A stretch of 58,867 nucleotides of DNA, taken from IMG/VR virus record IMGVR_UViG_3300049203_000265, positions 1-58,867 of that record, one strand, 5' to 3'. This DNA is from a virus. Taxonomy: Duplodnaviria > Caudoviricetes. The position numbers and the translations under genes are program-made. Positions 53,958 to 58,867 of the stretch are shown here, in pieces; position 1 is the first letter of the stretch; every line of letters starts with the position of its first letter. The notes below the pieces were generated by a model. It was not told the DNA's origin, searched no databases, and saw only the letters and a list, made by a program, of their open reading frames with translations.

Positions 53958-54269
53958 ATGAAAGTCTTCATCCCCCATCCGGACGTTCCACAGTGGAACG
54001 CTCACAGCATCCACGTGATGCGGATGCTCGGCCTCCGACCGGGCGGGCACCTCCCCGCCGAGGGCATGCCCGTCCGGGTGATCCAGGGCATCAAGGTCTG
54101 GGTGACTCCGTACGTGGCGCGCACGTACGTCGAGCCCTGGTCTGGCATGGCGAGGCGCGTGAAATCGTCCAAGCACCGCGTAATGGCCGAGTGCCCGCAC
54201 TGCGGCAAGCACCTGTCCGCGGGGCGCCTGCACCAGCACAAGTGCAAGACGCCGGGAGAGCGCACGTGA
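53958..54269 (+). CDS. zinc-finger protein
   Basis: CPHCGK.LSAGRL.QH.C. Confidence 0.65.
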   Translation: MKVFIPHPDVPQWNAHSIHVMRMLGLRPGGHLPAEGMPVRVIQGIKVWVTPYVARTYVEPWSGMARRVKSSKHRVMAECPHCGKHLSAGRLHQHKCKTPGERT

Positions 54270-54385
54270 AGTGCGCGAAGTGCGGCGCGAAGCGGTGGGC
54301 GCCGTGCCTGGGAGTCCGCGGAAAGCCGAGGTCGTCGGTCCACATCGAGCGGTGGTCGAGGCTCCTGAATCGGAGACAGAAATGA
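54266..54385 (+). CDS. tiny zinc-finger protein
   Basis: CAKCGA....PC.........H..R; overlaps both neighbours by 4 nt. Confidence 0.5.
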   Translation: MKCAKCGAKRWAPCLGVRGKPRSSVHIERWSRLLNRRQK

Positions 54386-54636
54386 AGAACTACACTGTGG
54401 TCCTCCTCGTGCCAGAGTACATGTGCGTCGAGGCGGCGTACGGTCAGGAGATCTACGTCTCGCTCACCCGAGGCGACAGCACCGTCGAGGCGATAGACCG
54501 TGCCAAGGACGAGGCGTACGCGGCCCACATGAGCGACCGTCCCGAGGTAATGCCCGAGAGCCCCAAGGATTACAAGCTTTGCGTGATGTTCGAGGGCCAC
54601 CACGACGTCGCGCTCTTCGGATGGCAGGCCCACTGA
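54382..54636 (+). CDS. hypothetical protein
   Basis: GGAG RBS; YTVVLL.PEY. Confidence 0.65.
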   Translation: MKNYTVVLLVPEYMCVEAAYGQEIYVSLTRGDSTVEAIDRAKDEAYAAHMSDRPEVMPESPKDYKLCVMFEGHHDVALFGWQAH

Positions 54637-54740
54637 CATGATCGGAGCGGTGAAATGATGTACTTCATGTTCTTCTCGGGCATGACCGCCGGCATGATGC
54701 TTGGCGCGGCGATTACCATGTGGTGCTATAGGCAACGCAA

Positions 54741-55040
54741 ATGACCAAAGTCGTCCCCACCCCCGACGAGTACTTCCGGGCCCACCCGCTCAAGACCTGC
54801 GAGCGGTGCGAGGTCGAGAAGCCCAACAACTTCGAGAACTTCCCGAAGCGGCTGTACAAGACCCGCTTCTGGTTCATCACGGCCAACGTGTGCTTCGCGT
54901 GCCGCACCGCCAAGTCGGCGGCGACCCGCAGCATGAACCGCAAGGCCGGCCTCCCCGACGCCGACCTGGCGATAACGGCCATCGCCGACGCGGTGGCGTC
55001 CCGACCCATCTCCCCCGACGAGTGGGAACAGAACCTCTGA
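54741..55040 (+). CDS. zinc-ribbon protein
   Basis: KTCERC..EK....F...CFAC. Confidence 0.6.
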   Translation: MTKVVPTPDEYFRAHPLKTCERCEVEKPNNFENFPKRLYKTRFWFITANVCFACRTAKSAATRSMNRKAGLPDADLAITAIADAVASRPISPDEWEQNL

Positions 55041-55050
55041 GAGGAACGCA

Positions 55051-55440
55051 GTGAACAGATTTATCCTCGTGACCGTCAAGGTCAAGCTCCCGGTCACCGA
55101 CCTCGCGAACTGGGACGACCCGGACTCCGGCCCCGCGACCGACGTGCGGACCGCGGCCCTCTACCAGCAGAAGTGGTACGAGGACGGCAGTGTCGACCTG
55201 ATCGAGACGATTGCCATGGCCGACAAGGAGAACATCGAGGTCTCCTGCCACGGCTTCGACCTGCCGGTCGTGCCCGAAGTGCCGACCCCGGCCCAGCGCG
55301 CGATGCTCGCGGCCAACGCTCCGGGCAAAGCGCCAGGCCGCCCGGTCGACGGCCTCGGTCCGGCCATACCCGCCGAGCCGCCGGGAGCAGTGCCGGCCCC
55401 TCCGCCCGAGGCGGACGGCTCCCCCGGGAGGCAGCCGTGA
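55051..55440 (+). CDS. hypothetical protein with Pro-rich tail
   Basis: GAGGA RBS. Confidence 0.6.
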   Translation: MNRFILVTVKVKLPVTDLANWDDPDSGPATDVRTAALYQQKWYEDGSVDLIETIAMADKENIEVSCHGFDLPVVPEVPTPAQRAMLAANAPGKAPGRPVDGLGPAIPAEPPGAVPAPPPEADGSPGRQP

Positions 55441-56486
55441 ACGAGCTGAACGTCAGAGCGTTCGCCAAGTGCGACGGCACGGACGAGACCGCCGCGCTGA
55501 AGCGCGCGATCGACGTGGCCAGGTACCACAAAGTCGAGCTCCTCGTGCCGGCCAACACGGCCGTGCACTACTCCGAGGTCCTGACCCTCGACGGGGTGTC
55601 CGTCCGGGGCTTCGACGACACCTCGCAGCTCATCGCCCTCAACGAGGCCAAAGCCGCGATCGTCGTGCGCGGCAAGGGGCCGTCTCTGCGGAACCTCAGG
55701 CTCGGCATGGTGCCGAACCCGACCGCCCGCAAGGCGCCCTTCGAGTTCAGCCGCGTGGCGGTGCTGTGGGCCCAGGACTGGCACCTGGCCGACCTGCTCA
55801 TCGAGCGGGCCGCCGGCTGCGGCATCATCTCGTCCCGCGGCAGCTGCAACGGGTGGATCGAGAGCGTGACCGTGCGCGGCACCCTCGCCGACGCGGTCCA
55901 CATGACGGACGGCACGTCTCACGTGACCGTCTTCGACTGCGACGCCGAGGGCTGCGGCGACGACGGGATCGCCGTGGTCAGCAAGCGGGAACAGGCCGCG
56001 ATCTGCTCCAACATCCGCGCCTACCACAACCGCGTGCGCAACAGCCGGGGCGGCCGGGGGCTCACCGTGGTGGGCGGTCAGGACGTGGCCTACACCGACA
56101 ACTTCGTCGAGAACGTCCTCTCCGGCGCCGGCATCCTGGTGGCGCAGGAGGACGCGTACACGACCCGCGGCTGCAAGAACGTCACGGTAGCCAACAACAC
56201 GGTCCGCAACTGCGGGAACGTGGCGAACGGGCACACCATGGTCATGGTCCACTCGTCTGGTACGGAGCCGAACGAGGGCGTGCTCGTGTCGCGCAACCTC
56301 GCCGAGCAGACCACGACCGACGGATGGGCGACGCCCACGCCCTACGGCTACCGCGCGACGGGACCGGGGTCGAACATCGAGCTCAGCGGAAACGTCTACG
56401 TCGGGCCGCCCGACCGGGCGCGCGGGAACGTCTCCTCGGCGCTCTGGACGCCGTACACCGGCGGCCCGGTCGGGGTGATGTCGTGA
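55437..56486 (+). CDS. right-handed parallel beta-helix (pectate-lyase-like) protein
   Basis: AKCDGTDETAALKRAI N-cap, ADAVH, GDDGIAV, repeated I.AYHN.V.N / V.VANN.VRN rungs. Confidence 0.8.
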   Translation: MNELNVRAFAKCDGTDETAALKRAIDVARYHKVELLVPANTAVHYSEVLTLDGVSVRGFDDTSQLIALNEAKAAIVVRGKGPSLRNLRLGMVPNPTARKAPFEFSRVAVLWAQDWHLADLLIERAAGCGIISSRGSCNGWIESVTVRGTLADAVHMTDGTSHVTVFDCDAEGCGDDGIAVVSKREQAAICSNIRAYHNRVRNSRGGRGLTVVGGQDVAYTDNFVENVLSGAGILVAQEDAYTTRGCKNVTVANNTVRNCGNVANGHTMVMVHSSGTEPNEGVLVSRNLAEQTTTDGWATPTPYGYRATGPGSNIELSGNVYVGPPDRARGNVSSALWTPYTGGPVGVMS

Positions 56487-56494
56487 GCGGAGTC

Positions 56495-56575
56495 TCCGGG
56501 AGCCGGCACCTTGGTATACTTACGGGAGAGCGCTCCGGGAGTCCCGGAACCGCCCCGTATCGTCCCGGAGAGCGC
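56495..56575 (-). repeat. dispersed ~82 bp TCCNGGA element, copy 3 (inverted)
   Basis: Reverse complement aligns with 48971-49053. Confidence 0.85.
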
Positions 56576-56617
56576 TAGTTGCGTTCAACTAACGTTCGTA
56601 CGAACTAGGAGGACAGT

Positions 56618-56812
56618 GTGTTCGAGATGCCGTTTCAGTGCGTACGGATCATGTGGTTCAGCCACCCTCAGTCCGGACAGGTCCGGTACCCCGTCTACGG
56701 AGTACCGGAGGCCGCGGCCCGCGACGTGATCGCAGTCATGAAGACTTACGACTTCAAGTTCGAGCCGGAGGCGTCGTCGAGCCTCGCGCACTGCGGAAAG
56801 GGGAGACTGTGA
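56618..56812 (+). CDS. hypothetical protein
   Basis: AGGAGG RBS. Confidence 0.6.
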   Translation: MFEMPFQCVRIMWFSHPQSGQVRYPVYGVPEAAARDVIAVMKTYDFKFEPEASSSLAHCGKGRL

Positions 56813-57048
56813 TGCCGATCACACAGGGAACGGGTCACATGTTCGCCTACGGCGACACGGTGGTCCACTTGACTGACGGTGGCAAGTACGTCGTCACGGG
56901 CACGCCGCCGCTCGTGAAACTGAAGAGCCCCACGACCGGGCTGTGGCACAACGCCTACCAGTACGTCCCGTGCGACGGCCGCCCCGCGACGACGTACGTC
57001 CGCGAAGCGATCGCGTTCGAGGCCAAATTCGGGAGGATACCTCAATGA
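56809..57048 (+). CDS. small SH3-like (DUF1653-type) protein
   Basis: VVH..GGKY.V...Y.Y......YVR....F..KF. Confidence 0.55.
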   Translation: MMPITQGTGHMFAYGDTVVHLTDGGKYVVTGTPPLVKLKSPTTGLWHNAYQYVPCDGRPATTYVREAIAFEAKFGRIPQ

Positions 57049-57275
57049 CCATCGACGAGCTCATATCCGTCCTCTACCGGGCGGGCGAGCAGTTCGGGAC
57101 CGGCGCCGAGGTGGTGCTGTGGGACCTGGACAGCTCGGGATACTTCGTGCTGCGGCCCGAGCACGTGGAGGGCCAGACCGGCCCGGACGGCGTGTCCCGC
57201 GTGTCGATCGGCCTCAACGCCTGGACCGACGAGTCGGCCGGGCAGCCACTGGCGAGGCCGACGTGGCGGCCGTGA
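57045..57275 (+). CDS. hypothetical protein
   Basis: GGAGG RBS; MTIDELI..L. Confidence 0.6.
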   Translation: MTIDELISVLYRAGEQFGTGAEVVLWDLDSSGYFVLRPEHVEGQTGPDGVSRVSIGLNAWTDESAGQPLARPTWRP

Positions 57276-57484
57276 CGATTCCCCGCTGCTGGGTGTGCGG
57301 CAAGGAGCTCGGCCCGGCCTACGGCAGGTTCGACGCCCGCGGCCGGCTGCGCCGCTTCACCTACTCCCTCGTGACCGACGCGACTGGCATCGCGCACCGC
57401 ACGCACCACAGGTGCGCCCCGGACGGCGACGGCCGCGTGACCGGCCGGGGATTGGCCGACTGCCTTCTGGGGGACCGACTGTGA
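57272..57484 (+). CDS. small zinc-binding protein
   Basis: CWVCGK...H..C; GTGA overlap. Confidence 0.5.
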   Translation: MTIPRCWVCGKELGPAYGRFDARGRLRRFTYSLVTDATGIAHRTHHRCAPDGDGRVTGRGLADCLLGDRL

Positions 57485-57765
57485 CGCTCCCGCGCCTGAC
57501 GGGCGAGGCTCCGGTGAACCACCGCCGCCTCAGCCGAACCAAGCCGCACATCTGGCGGCAGTACGACGCGCACCCTCCGGTCGGAGAGCCGGGCTGGACG
57601 TGGATGGCGGCGTACGGAGCGCACCGCGCGTCGGCCCCGACCCCGGCGGCCGCGTACAAGATCGTGACCTTCCTGCAGAAGATGCACGAACAGGCGATGG
57701 ACCGCGCCTTCGGGCGCCGCCGCGGCCTGCGCTCGTACTCCGACCCGGGCCTCTGGCAGACGTGA
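57481..57765 (+). CDS. hypothetical protein
   Basis: GTGA overlap. Confidence 0.5.
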   Translation: MTLPRLTGEAPVNHRRLSRTKPHIWRQYDAHPPVGEPGWTWMAAYGAHRASAPTPAAAYKIVTFLQKMHEQAMDRAFGRRRGLRSYSDPGLWQT

Positions 57766-57989
57766 CGTACGCCTACATCGCGCAGGAGGGCTGGCTCAAC
57801 CGGCTCCCAGCCGAGCCGGGCAGCACGTGGGTCTCGCTCCCGGAGGCCGCGCTCCCGCAGGTGCTCAGATCGACGCGGCGGTCAGTCGCGTGGCTCAACG
57901 CGGGCGACGGCCGGTGGTCCGGTCCGTTCGTCGAGGCCGACGACCGCGACCCGCCGGACGCCCTCGAGCGCAGCGTCAGAGGACTGTAA
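57762..57989 (+). CDS. hypothetical protein
   Basis: GTGA overlap; last rightward ORF. Confidence 0.45.
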   Translation: MTYAYIAQEGWLNRLPAEPGSTWVSLPEAALPQVLRSTRRSVAWLNAGDGRWSGPFVEADDRDPPDALERSVRGL

Positions 57990-58169
57990 CAGGAGGTGCC
58001 CGCCCACCGGCGGCATGATCGGGCGGCGCCGCGAGCGCGGGGCATGGATCCATAGGCCGGCTCCCGGAAACGGGGATCAGCCCGGGCCGTAACAGGTGAG
58101 CATCAGCCGCCCGGCGGGGGCAGGGGCCGCGATCAGGGGGACGGGCCGTACCGTAAGTTATCGGCACAA

Positions 58170-58645
58170 AAAACTTATGGTAAACGTTTACGGTAAAACG
58201 AAAAGTTCAATCCGGATAATAACTTAAGTGCGAAACTGCGCCGTGGCGTGCTCTGAGCGGCTCCCGGAGTAGGCAGGGGCGTGTGCAGGGGACCGTGCGA
58301 GTTGTGCATCGCACATCGCACGCGGTGGACGGAAACGTTACCGTAACGTACCGTAACTGCGTGACGGACGGGCTCGGTTTCAGCCAGTTTCTACCCGCGG
58401 CGTCGGCCGAAGCCCGTACACTTAAGTTATTAATTTTGTTGAACTTTAGTATTTACCATATATTTACCATAAATATAATAAAAGTATATAAATGAATATA
58501 TTCCATGATTAGGTCCTATTCAATTGTAATATACAATTTATACTTAAAACCATATATATTCTATTATATAATTAAGTTTTGAAAAGTTATGGTAAACGTA
58601 TGGTAAACCCTAAATATCGTTATAAATTAATAACTTAAGTGCGCG
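58170..58645. repeat. AT-rich region with direct and inverted repeat units (candidate origin/terminal control region)
   Basis: TATGGTAAA...TAATAACTTAAGTG unit at 58175-58232 and 58587-58643, inverted at 58419-58471. Confidence 0.7.
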
Positions 58646-58867
58646 GATTCTAGCCGAGCGCCCGGGTAGCACAACTTGTCCCGGACGTCGCACGAGGCAC
58701 AAAAGGTCCCGGAGAGCACTCCGGCGACGCAGGTTGGCCCACTGGGGCGATGGCCGACGCGCGAAGTCCGACGAGCGTGGGCGAAGCCCGTCGCACATCG
58801 CTCCCGGAGGCCCCTGGAACGATTCCTAGATCCGGGGGCGCAGGCTCGTCGGGCGGGCGGCCGGGCG

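Noticed and set aside
58283-58495. ORF in the terminal region
   Set aside because: Runs through AT-rich repeats with non-phage codon usage
1-58867. Lysogeny module, DGR, retron or protelomerase
   Set aside because: No integrase, reverse transcriptase or tyrosine-recombinase-like motifs recognised in any ORF

Overview
This window is an apparently complete, GC-rich siphovirus-type phage genome. Spanins imply a Gram-negative host. No integrase, repressor cassette, CRISPR or reverse transcriptase is recognisable. Layout: a small leftward gene cluster (130-982); putative terS; an ~8 kb block of virion-accessory and membrane genes; terL-portal-scaffold-capsid-neck-tail genes with a -1 frameshifted tail chaperone; endolysin and nested spanins; a replication module (Prim-Pol/helicase, family A polymerase, PD-(D/E)XK nuclease, VRR-NUC, SNF2 helicase, SSB-like protein); a cytosine-hypermodification operon (carbamoyltransferase, MazG-like pyrophosphatase, dNMP kinase, T4-type dCMP hydroxymethylase, dCMP deaminase); ligase and Nudix; about 35 small accessory genes including an MBD4-like glycosylase and a beta-helix protein; and an AT-rich repeated terminal region. 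The most novel-looking signals are: (i) a ~760 nt structured ncRNA with three 17-18 bp capped domains, one of them a heavily remodelled tRNA-like cloverleaf; (ii) a carbamoyl-hmC pathway paired with an MBD4-like repair enzyme and a structured leader; (iii) candidate +1 overprinted ORFs inside replication genes; (iv) a dispersed ~82 bp TCCNGGA-rich element; (v) a two-class phage promoter motif. All protein calls come from motif recognition by eye; no database search was run.
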